Below, one piece after another: positions 8,948 through 17,351 of a stretch of DNA of 24,738 bases. A program made the translations under genes and the position numbers. How positions within the stretch are numbered: the stretch's first letter is position 1; the number at the start of each line of letters is the position of its first letter. The notes under the pieces are model-generated. The model saw nothing but the letters and a program-made list of their open reading frames with translations. It was not told the DNA's origin and did no database searches. The stretch is from a bacterium (GTDB lineage: Bacteria; Methylomirabilota; Methylomirabilia; CAVQYV01): the NCBI GenBank assembly GCA_043800755.1, contig JAZDMQ010000138.1:1-24738 (forward strand), in the 5' to 3' direction.

Positions 8948-9184
8948 TCACCGTTTCTTGGACCGCCGCGCCCTTCCCAGCAAACCGAGGGACACCAACC
9001 CCAACCCGAGAAGAGTGAGTGTTGCGGGCTCGGGGACAGCATGCTGGAACGTCTTCCCGTGATGGATCCTTCCGGGCTTATGGGGGGTGGTCATGGGTCC
9101 TCTTGCCTGGACCGGGAGCGTAAATCCCAGAACCATGAGGCTCAGTGCTCCTACAAGGATCGTCTTGGTGATCGATTTCATCAT
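8948..9184 (-). CDS. Very small PEP-CTERM sorting-signal protein (signal peptide, ~22-aa cargo, VPEP-TM-basic tail)
   Basis: Sec signal MMKSITKTILVGALSLMVLGFTLPVQA, then RGPMTTPHKPGRIHHGKTFQHA, then the canonical VPEPATLTLLGLGLVSLGLLG and RARRSKKR. Strong SD AAGGAGG, its own promoter candidate, and an adjacent exosortase. Confidence 0.9.
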   Translation of the reverse strand: MMKSITKTILVGALSLMVLGFTLPVQARGPMTTPHKPGRIHHGKTFQHAVPEPATLTLLGLGLVSLGLLGRARRSKKR

Positions 9185-9231
9185 CTACCCTCCTTTCATT
9201 TTGGATTTTCCCACTTGAGGCTTTGACATAC

Positions 9232-9260
9232 TATTTAACACGCCCCAACTCCCTTGTCAA
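9232..9260 (-). promoter_or_regulatory. Sigma70-type promoter candidate for the PEP-CTERM gene
   Basis: Minus strand TTGACA (9260-9255), 17-nt spacer ending TGt, TAAATA (9237-9232). Confidence 0.6.
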
Positions 9261-9334
9261 GAAAAATCTCCGAATCACCCCTCTCCATCTTTGACAGCAG
9301 GGAAGCGAGGAGTTTTTCACGCTCCTGGGCCGCC

Positions 9335-10228
9335 TCAAGCCGGCAGATCATCCTGATGAAGGGGCGATGGGCTCTCCCGATCTTTGAGCAACCAGAGAAT
9401 CAGACCTAAGATCGCGAGGCCAAGGGCGAAGAAGAGGAACCCGCCCGACTTGTGAAGAAAGCTCTCGGTGAGAAACCTCTCGTCAACATAAACCGAAAGT
9501 AAAGAGATGACCACGATCCGGACGGCGTTTTTGAAGATGGCGACCGGGAAGACCGAAAGGACCAATACGGCCTTCTTCCAGCCGGTTTGAAGAAACAAGT
9601 GGGCTGCAAGGATGCTGGTGATAAGAAGGGCAATGGAAGAACGAATTCCACTGCATTGCCTGGCAACCTCAATGCTGATGCCGGGCAGATTGAATATGAA
9701 CCCCTCCTGCGAGAAGGGTGTGCCGGAAAGCTTAAAGAGGAGATAGCTCATTCCGGTAGAGCCCACTTGCAGGAGGAGAATGGCCTTGTCCAGCAAAAAG
9801 CTGGGGATTGGGACCATGAATACGAGGAGAAGAAGGGGAAACATCGCGGCCCTGAATGCCGCGAGGCCATAAAGGAAGATAAAGGTGCCAACCCAGAAAA
9901 TAATAGCGGATAGGGTGATCAGCGAGGTGTAATCATTTTGATTCAGTGCGGCTCCCTGGGTCCTTCCCGCGAGAAACAAGACGGCGGCGATGGCCAGCAA
10001 GGGAGCGCCCGCACCATAAGAATATACGGGGTTTTCAAACAGCGTGGTTCTTTTCAAATAGATGAAATAGGCGCTTACAAACGGGATGAGTATAATATGA
10101 GAATAATATTCGCTTTGCGGCGAAGAGTTCAACAAATCCCTCAGGGGTGGGTAAAGCATCAGGAAGGCAATGATGCTGAACAATACAAACAGTATATTTC
10201 TCTGGTTGAAATGCCTCAGTGCTTGCAT
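9335..10228 (-). CDS. Exosortase (EpsH/Xrt family intramembrane transpeptidase), no EpsI domain
   Basis: Multi-pass membrane protein with YYSHIILIP, FPLLLLVFMVPIP, and the Cys-Arg-His triad in EVARQCSGIRS, NAVRI and FLHKSGG. The ATG at 10228 gives 297 aa; the ORF-track extension to 10363 looks non-coding. Confidence 0.92.
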   Translation of the reverse strand: MQALRHFNQRNILFVLFSIIAFLMLYPPLRDLLNSSPQSEYYSHIILIPFVSAYFIYLKRTTLFENPVYSYGAGAPLLAIAAVLFLAGRTQGAALNQNDYTSLITLSAIIFWVGTFIFLYGLAAFRAAMFPLLLLVFMVPIPSFLLDKAILLLQVGSTGMSYLLFKLSGTPFSQEGFIFNLPGISIEVARQCSGIRSSIALLITSILAAHLFLQTGWKKAVLVLSVFPVAIFKNAVRIVVISLLSVYVDERFLTESFLHKSGGFLFFALGLAILGLILWLLKDRESPSPLHQDDLPA

Positions 10229-10547
10229 AAGAGTTCCCTGGCCCGCAACATGTCGCGCAAGTCCCACCTTGCGAGTGGGGTTAGGGGGCGCCACAGCGAA
10301 TAGGGCCCGCCTCTTCCCTCCACCCCGTCCAAGGCGAATCGGGAAAAGAGCCGGTGGTGGCACACTCTAACAGATAGTAGAACATCCTTGCCCCTTGGCC
10401 ATTTCGGGCAAGAGGTGGGGGTTTCAGTCCTTTGGGCGACAGGCAAGATGATAATGTTTAGAAAAAGGGAAAAGAGCCCCGTCAAATGCCCGGCGCCTAT
10501 AGAGAAGTAATGGATTTGTCCTTGATGGGATGAGCGCCTTGATGAAT

Positions 10548-10635
10548 TGGTGCCGGAGGTCGGGGTCGAACCGACATGGGCTAAAAGCCCGCGGGATTTT
10601 GAGTCCCGTGCGTCTACCAGTTTCACCACTCCGGC
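10548..10635 (-). tRNA. tRNA-Leu(CAA)
   Basis: Minus strand GCCGGAG...CTCCGGC acceptor stem with encoded ACCA, D-loop with TGGTAGAC, anticodon arm CGGGA-CTCAAAA-TCCCG, long variable arm GGGCTTTTAGCCC and GGTTCGAC T-loop. Confidence 0.97.
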
Positions 10636-10679
10636 TGCGCCATGGTTGATCGCCTGGCATCTTCTATTCTTATCTTATA

Positions 10680-10708
10680 TTATTAATGCCTCCCGGCCAT
10701 CCTGTCAA
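10680..10708 (-). promoter_or_regulatory. Promoter candidate for tRNA-Leu
   Basis: Minus strand TTGACA (10708-10703), 17-nt spacer, TAATAA, in an AT-rich stretch about 45 nt before the tRNA. Confidence 0.6.
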
Positions 10709-10716
10709 GGATGTAT

Positions 10717-13431
10717 TCAAGGATGGGGGGCTGATTCCGCCTTCAGCCAGTTGGAAAAGTCCACCTGGCCCATAAAGAGGGCCTCGCCTGGGGGGTCAGA
10801 TCCCCACCAATTCTCCCGCGCATCAATGAGCAGGGAGGAGTAGTTAACCAGGGCCCAGGCATTCTCCGCGATGTTGTTTGCCCGCAGGACCGGTTTGGTA
10901 TAGCCGGAACAGATGATCCCCACTCCAGTCCGGTGGCCTGCGATTCGGCAACCCGTGATCTTTGGGGCCGACTGACCGCTGCACTCGATCCCACTCTGCA
11001 GTCCGTGGAGGAGTTGACAAGAAGAGATCTCTGGGGCACCTGCCTGGATGAAGAGCGCGGTGGATGCGTGCTCTATCCGACAGTGTTGCAGGGAATTGGC
11101 CCCTTGGGGGTCTTGAAAGGTGAAGGCATAGGCATAGTCTCCAGGTTCTGGATTGGGGCTGGCCGAGAGAAAGGAAATGGGAAGGGTGGGGAGCCCCTTC
11201 GCTTCGACCGACCCCTCTCTCACCCAGATGCCAGCCTCCCCTCGGGCATATTTCACCGTGACCCCCGGCAGGATATGCAATTGACCCTTTCCTTCCACCG
11301 TCACGACCCCATTGACCAGGTAAGGGGAGTGGGCGGGTATCAGATAGGCGGCCTGATCGATCTTACTGGGGAGCGGGGAAGAAAGAATGGGCAGGAAGAC
11401 GGGCTTGCCCTCAGGGGGCGGGCCATCCAGGCAGGGGGAGAAGTCCACCGGCCCATAGATCCCAGCGATGATCGCCTCGATTTTGCTGGTACCCCAATAA
11501 TTTCCAGCGGCGGAGAGGGGGCTTCCTTTTGACCGAGCATGGTAGAGCTGATAGGTGGCGTTGTCATGGAAATGGTTGGCCTGAGCCTCCAGAGAGGAAT
11601 CCTCACAGAAAACCCCTTCGGCCCCGTTGAAGGCCACTTCGCAGCCCTGCAAGGAGGCGGCAGCCCCCGAGAGTCGAAGACCGGCCTTCCCGTTGTGGGT
11701 GATCTTGCATCCCTTGATCTCGACGGCCGCGGAGGAGGAGACGAAGAGTCCACACCCTCGGTTAAAGGCAACGGAGGAGGAGAGGAGGCGAGGCCGGCAG
11801 GAAGCCCCCTGCAAGGAGATCCCGAGGTCGTTCTGCGAGATATCGCAGGAGTTGAGCTGGGGTGAGCTGGAGATACAAGCGACCCCGGTCCGGGCTCGCT
11901 GCACCTGGCAGTTTTCCAGGATCCCCTGTCCTTCCTCGAAGATGAGGCCCTCCCAATTCCCTTCCCCCTGGGAAATCATCCGAATTCCCTGTCCTTCTTT
12001 TTCCTTTGCGATGAGTTGGCCTTTGATACGTAGAGCCGGTCCTTGCGATTGGATGACTGTCCCCGGCTCAATGGTGAGCGAGGAATCGAGGGGCACCACT
12101 ACCTCTTTGGTGATGACATAAGGGGAGGCGGCCGCATACCAGGTTGTCTCCCCCTTCATCTCTCCCCCGATGGCGGTGGGGCCCGGGGCCACCGGGGTGA
12201 CCGAGATGACCGCTGAGGGCACGCTCTCATTGCCGGCCCGATCCATCGTCGAGAGGCGGTAGAAGTAGGCCTTTCCATTGACCAGGCCTGGATCCTCCGC
12301 CTTGGCGAATTCAGTTTCGATGACCTGGGAGAAGCCGCTTAGGGGGGTCAGACTTCGATAAAGACGATATCCTGCCAGGTCAGGCTCCTTATTGGCCTCC
12401 CAGGTGAGGTGAGCGGACGCGTCGGCTCCTTTGGCGCGAAGGCCAACGGGGACCGCCGGGGGGGTCGTATCAATGGTGACCGGTCCCAGCACATCCTGCC
12501 ACTCGCTGGAATTTCCCGACTTGTCTGTGAGGCGAGCGGTCACAATGGCCTCTTTGATATTGTCTCCGGGCAGGACCTGATAAGTCCCCACATAGACCCC
12601 CTCCGGGGATTCGACCATGGGTAGCTTGGCCTTCAGGATGCCGACATCGAAAGTGGCCAGACACCCCGGATCCCCGGCCATAACCGCCTTGATGACCTCC
12701 CCCGCCTTCTTGGTGGTTCCCCCGGAGTCAGAGGCGAGCATGGAAACCTGGGGGGGCTTGAGGGCCTGGGCTACGGAAGGGGCGGGCAAAGTCTTCACCA
12801 CATCACGGAAAAGGTCGTCAGAGGCCCGTAAGAGTTCGATCTTTCGGATATTGATCGCGGTGGAAATCGCCGTCAAGGCGATACCCCAGGCCGTGGTGGA
12901 GACCCCTCCTTCGTGCTTGCGGGAGACATGGGAGGCCTCCCAGAGGATCTCTCCGCTCCTGGCATCCAACATCCTCAAGGTTACCCCCACCGCCACCTGG
13001 GAGTAGAGGACCGCATAGAGGCGGTTGTAGTGGGTGATCTGACCGTAGACCAGGGCATCCACCCCCAGGATCTGCCCAAGCTCATGAGGGGCCTTGCGAT
13101 TGATTTCCTCGGGCTTGGTGAGCCCTCGCTCTTGAAGAAGACGATCGATCCGGTAGAGCTTGATCAGCTCATAGGTCTTTGAACTCAAGTGATTGAAGAG
13201 GGCCCCTCGCACGATTTCAAAGGCCTCCTCTTTACCGGTGAGATTTTCCAGGGGGAGAATGGCGATGGTCTTGGGGGGCGAGGTCTTGAGCTTTTCTGAG
13301 ATGGTGGCCTTTGGACCCGAGCCGAAGTCCAATTGGGGAGAGATGAGCACCTTGTCAGTGGCTACCGAACATCCCTGAAGGAGAAGAGCAGGGAAAAGGA
13401 GAAGGGCTCCGATCCGTTGCATCCTCTTCAC
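10717..13431 (-). CDS. Large lipoprotein: DUF799/GNA1162-like N-terminal domain, Ig-like and fibronectin-III domains, two right-handed beta-helix modules
   Basis: Lipobox LLLQG-C. PKTIAILPLEN...LGQILGVDALVYGQITHY...MLDARSGEILWE is DUF799/CsgG-like. IDTTPPAVP, LTWEAN.EPDLAGYRLYRS and YFYRLSTMDRAGNES are FN3-like. Repeated I..N..GI/L beta-helix coils end in NYWG and NWWG. Confidence 0.75.
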   Translation of the reverse strand: MKRMQRIGALLLFPALLLQGCSVATDKVLISPQLDFGSGPKATISEKLKTSPPKTIAILPLENLTGKEEAFEIVRGALFNHLSSKTYELIKLYRIDRLLQERGLTKPEEINRKAPHELGQILGVDALVYGQITHYNRLYAVLYSQVAVGVTLRMLDARSGEILWEASHVSRKHEGGVSTTAWGIALTAISTAINIRKIELLRASDDLFRDVVKTLPAPSVAQALKPPQVSMLASDSGGTTKKAGEVIKAVMAGDPGCLATFDVGILKAKLPMVESPEGVYVGTYQVLPGDNIKEAIVTARLTDKSGNSSEWQDVLGPVTIDTTPPAVPVGLRAKGADASAHLTWEANKEPDLAGYRLYRSLTPLSGFSQVIETEFAKAEDPGLVNGKAYFYRLSTMDRAGNESVPSAVISVTPVAPGPTAIGGEMKGETTWYAAASPYVITKEVVVPLDSSLTIEPGTVIQSQGPALRIKGQLIAKEKEGQGIRMISQGEGNWEGLIFEEGQGILENCQVQRARTGVACISSSPQLNSCDISQNDLGISLQGASCRPRLLSSSVAFNRGCGLFVSSSAAVEIKGCKITHNGKAGLRLSGAAASLQGCEVAFNGAEGVFCEDSSLEAQANHFHDNATYQLYHARSKGSPLSAAGNYWGTSKIEAIIAGIYGPVDFSPCLDGPPPEGKPVFLPILSSPLPSKIDQAAYLIPAHSPYLVNGVVTVEGKGQLHILPGVTVKYARGEAGIWVREGSVEAKGLPTLPISFLSASPNPEPGDYAYAFTFQDPQGANSLQHCRIEHASTALFIQAGAPEISSCQLLHGLQSGIECSGQSAPKITGCRIAGHRTGVGIICSGYTKPVLRANNIAENAWALVNYSSLLIDARENWWGSDPPGEALFMGQVDFSNWLKAESAPHP

Positions 13432-13499
13432 AGTCTATTCTCCCATCTTAACTGAGGCTTGCCAGGCCCAATTCCGCCTGGATCTCCTTAACTTTTCTC

Positions 13500-13528
13500 T
13501 TGACAAAACAGGGGGTTGCTGGTAGTTA
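13500..13528 (+). promoter_or_regulatory. Promoter candidate for tRNA-Ala
   Basis: TTGACA (13500-13505), 17-nt spacer ending TGg, TAGTTA (13523-13528), 10 nt before the tRNA. Confidence 0.65.
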
Positions 13529-13538
13529 AGTAACCGTG

Positions 13539-13614
<76 letters not shown>

Positions 13615-13619
13615 GAAAT

Positions 13620-14630
13620 CTATCCCTGGATCAGGCGTTCCTCTACTTGGACCTTAGACCCTCTCTTGATTCCCTCCAGCCACTCCTTCAAAAGGCGATC
13701 TCGTTTCTCAAGCACGATCTGCTTCTTCAACAACTCCTTCTGGGAGGGTTGCAGGTCCCTCTTGCCCGCGGTCCCAACCTCCATAGAGCGCAGAATGTAA
13801 AAGCGATCCTTGCCCTCGACTAAGGGACTGACCTCTCCTTGCTTCAAGGAGAAGGCAGCCTTGACGAAGGGGACGGGATCGGGAACTTCTCGGAAGGGCA
13901 GATTGTAGAAGATGTATCCGCTCTGGCGTGGCTTCATCTTGACCTCTGCCGCTATTCTGGTCCATCCCCCCTCCCTTTGGGCTTTCCTCAGGATCGCCTC
14001 CGCCTCCTCTTTCTTGAAGTCTTTGATAGGAAGTTCGATGAACTCCACCTTCACTCGATTATTGGCCAGGAGATAGAGGTCTTCGACTTCCTCATCGGAG
14101 GTCTTGGCGGCCTCCCTAACGAAGTCCTGCATCTTGGTGAGGAGGAGCTCCACCTGTAGGTTTCGCTCGTACTTTTGAGGAGTGAGCCGATTATATTGCA
14201 GAAGGCTCAGATATCTCTTGCGCGAGAATTGCCCGTTTTCCTGGAAGGCAGGGTAATTCCGGATCGTTTCCGCCAGCTCTTCTTCTGTTACCTTGATTCT
14301 CATCTTCCGGGCCTGAATCATGATGAGCCGTTGGTTGATCAAATCGTCAAGGGCCCGTTGTTTCAGTTTCATCCTCTCTGCGGCTTCATCGTCGAACTTG
14401 TCCCCCAGAGTCTTCCGATAATGCTCGTAGAGGGTTTGATAGGCATCTCGGAATTCCTCCACCGGGATCTGCTGCTTATCCACTTGGGCGATGATGCCCG
14501 CTCTTGCCATTCCTCCTCCCGGCGTGGAGCGAATCCCCCAAACCAGAAAGGTCGTGCCAATGAAGGCAAAGATCACTAACCAAAGGGTGAAGCTAAGGGA
14601 TTTGAGATTCATTCGCATACTTTTGAGCAT
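13620..14630 (-). CDS. SurA N-terminal-domain / PpiD-like membrane-anchored periplasmic chaperone (short form)
   Basis: PpiD-type start MLKSMR...LWLVIFAFIGTTFLVWG, IAQVDKQQI, ALDDLINQRL and PAFQENGQFSRKRY. The C-terminal rotamase-like AAFSLKQGEVSPLV is present. SD GGAGG. Confidence 0.8.
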   Translation of the reverse strand: MLKSMRMNLKSLSFTLWLVIFAFIGTTFLVWGIRSTPGGGMARAGIIAQVDKQQIPVEEFRDAYQTLYEHYRKTLGDKFDDEAAERMKLKQRALDDLINQRLIMIQARKMRIKVTEEELAETIRNYPAFQENGQFSRKRYLSLLQYNRLTPQKYERNLQVELLLTKMQDFVREAAKTSDEEVEDLYLLANNRVKVEFIELPIKDFKKEEAEAILRKAQREGGWTRIAAEVKMKPRQSGYIFYNLPFREVPDPVPFVKAAFSLKQGEVSPLVEGKDRFYILRSMEVGTAGKRDLQPSQKELLKKQIVLEKRDRLLKEWLEGIKRGSKVQVEERLIQG

Positions 14631-14672
14631 CCTAAATCCTTCCTCCTCGATCCCAGGCAGTAGGTTTTAATT

Positions 14673-14701
14673 AACATAGACCAAAGGGGAGGGCGATGCA
14701 A
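14673..14701 (-). promoter_or_regulatory. Promoter candidate for the surA/ppiD-like gene
   Basis: Minus strand TTGCAT, 17-nt spacer, TATGTT. Confidence 0.45.
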
Positions 14702-14726
14702 TACTTTTTTGGACTACTTTTTTGGA
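14702..14726. repeat. Perfect 12-bp direct repeat TACTTTTTTGGA x2 between divergent promoters
   Basis: Copies at 14702-14713 and 14715-14726. Confidence 0.9.
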
Positions 14727-14733
14727 GAGAGCC

Positions 14734-14762
14734 TTGTATTTCCCCCCGCAGTGTGCTAATAA
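14734..14762 (+). promoter_or_regulatory. Promoter candidate for the mreBCD-mrdA-rodA operon
   Basis: TTGTAT, 17-nt spacer ending TGc, TAATAA. Confidence 0.5.
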
Positions 14763-14817
14763 ATCTGAAAGGTAGGAGATGGGATATGCCTCCGGTCCTC
14801 GGCAGGCGAGGGAGTGA

Positions 14818-15966
<1,149 letters not shown>

Positions 15967-15990
15967 AAAGGCTCGGGAGTTTCATGCATT

Positions 15991-16842
15991 TTGAAGTCCT
16001 GGTTTTTTCTCCGCCACCGTGGTCTCTCCGTCTTGATTATTGTCCTCGTCCTATCCTTCCTGTTTCTCACCCACGGAGTCCGGGTCTCTCAGGAGAAGGC
16101 GAGTCTACCCAAGAGGCTCGTGATGGTGGTGGTCGCCCCATTGCTGCGAGCGATCCACGGCGCGTCAGCCTCCCTGACCTCTTTCTGGGATAGCTATATC
16201 GATCTGAGGGAGGTCCGCCGACAAAACCTGAGCCTCAAGGAAGAAGTCAGCCGCTTGAAGCAGGAAGAGATGCTCCTGTCGGAGGCCAAGCGAGAGAACG
16301 AGAGGCTCCACCGACTCCTGCAAATGCGGGACAATGTCGCGGTGCCTACGGTTGCCGCCATGGTGATCGGGAAGGACCCGAGCAATTGGTTTCGCAGTAT
16401 CCTGATCGATAAGGGAGCCAGGGAGGGGGTGAGCCGGGATTCGGCGGTCCTCTGTCCCCAGGGTTTGGTGGGGAGGGTTATCGAGGTGATGGAGCAGACC
16501 TCCCGGGTCCAGCTCATCACCGATCCAAACTGCGCAGTGGGTGCCCTCATCCAGCGGACCCGGGTTGGAGGAGTGGTGGTGGGCGAGGTAGGCCCCTATT
16601 GCAGGCTCAAGTTTCTGCCCCGCGACGCGGAAGTCTCCGTGGGGGACCTGGTTCTCACCTCGGGGCTTGGTGGCTTGACCCCCAAGGGAATTCCGATTGG
16701 TCTGGTGACCGCGGTTCAGAAGAAGGAAAATGCCCTGTTTCAGGAGGCTCACCTGGCACCGAAGGTGGATTTGTTCCGCATCGAAGAGGTATTGGTCTTG
16801 GCGAAGCCACCCCGCCCTGAGATCCGATGGCGAGAGGAATAA
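15991..16842 (+). CDS. mreC: Rod shape-determining protein MreC
   Basis: N-terminal TM helix, coiled coil (ENERLHRLL), IDKG..EGV, GLVGRV and GDLVLTSGLGGLTPKGIPIG; follows mreB. Confidence 0.95.
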   Translation: MKSWFFLRHRGLSVLIIVLVLSFLFLTHGVRVSQEKASLPKRLVMVVVAPLLRAIHGASASLTSFWDSYIDLREVRRQNLSLKEEVSRLKQEEMLLSEAKRENERLHRLLQMRDNVAVPTVAAMVIGKDPSNWFRSILIDKGAREGVSRDSAVLCPQGLVGRVIEVMEQTSRVQLITDPNCAVGALIQRTRVGGVVVGEVGPYCRLKFLPRDAEVSVGDLVLTSGLGGLTPKGIPIGLVTAVQKKENALFQEAHLAPKVDLFRIEEVLVLAKPPRPEIRWREE

Positions 16843-16850
16843 GGATTGAG

Positions 16851-17351
16851 ATGAAGGCGATCCTCGTCTTCTTGTCCTTTCTGGCTCTGATAGTTCTGCA
16901 GGTGAGATTGCTCCCCCATTTTGCCATCGGGGATATCAAACCCGATCTCTTCCTCTTTTCCGTGTGTTGCCTTAGCCTGAGGAGCGGGGAGGCGAAGGGG
17001 GCGATCATTGGGTTCGGCCTGGGCCTTTTGGAGGACTGCCTTTCCATTTCTCCGGTGGGGATGAGGGCTTTCGGCTTCTCCCTGGTGGGGTTTCTTTCGG
17101 GATATGCGAGGAGGGAGTTGCTGTTGGACAGCCTCTTAGCCCAAACCCTCCTCCTTTTTTTCGCTGGTCTCCTCTCGGGCTTTGCCACCCTGTTTGCCCT
17201 CAATTTCTTTTTGATCCCTCGCCCGATCGGCTATACCTTCATGCGCCTGATCCTGCCCGAGAGCCTTCTCACCGCCCTCGGGGGGCTTCTTCTTCTTATC
17301 ATCTTTCCCAGGTGGAAGGATCTGAGGACGGAGCCATATGGCCCGCTCTGA
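16851..17351 (+). CDS. mreD: Rod shape-determining protein MreD
   Basis: Hydrophobic 166-aa protein with KPDL and GFGLGLLEDCLS between mreC and mrdA. Confidence 0.9.
   Translation: MKAILVFLSFLALIVLQVRLLPHFAIGDIKPDLFLFSVCCLSLRSGEAKGAIIGFGLGLLEDCLSISPVGMRAFGFSLVGFLSGYARRELLLDSLLAQTLLLFFAGLLSGFATLFALNFFLIPRPIGYTFMRLILPESLLTALGGLLLLIIFPRWKDLRTEPYGPL

Noticed and set aside
10255..10290. Minus-strand AACCCCACTC-GCAA-GGTGGGAC resembles the P2 hairpin of a c-di-GMP-I riboswitch
   Set aside because: It lacks the upstream GGCAAA, the downstream GCAAAGC and a second hairpin with a tetraloop receptor before the start codon.
10229..10363. N-terminal extensions in the ORF track for the exosortase (also mreB 14842, mreD 16827, pcrA 20369, gatC 22477)
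   Set aside because: Downstream starts fit family lengths better and mostly have better SD sequences; the extensions show no family-like sequence.
10358..10375. TGGCAC as a sigma54 -24 box
   Set aside because: There is no TTGC at the -12 position, and it is on the wrong strand for the exosortase.
7154..10547. Genomic island integrated at tRNA-Leu
   Set aside because: I found no duplicate of the tRNA 3' end, and no integrase or transposase is in the window.
10216..10843. ORFs overlapping the tRNA genes (10216-10629, 10424-10660, 10547-10843; also 13536-13823)
   Set aside because: They are spurious translations of tRNA-Leu and tRNA-Ala sequence.
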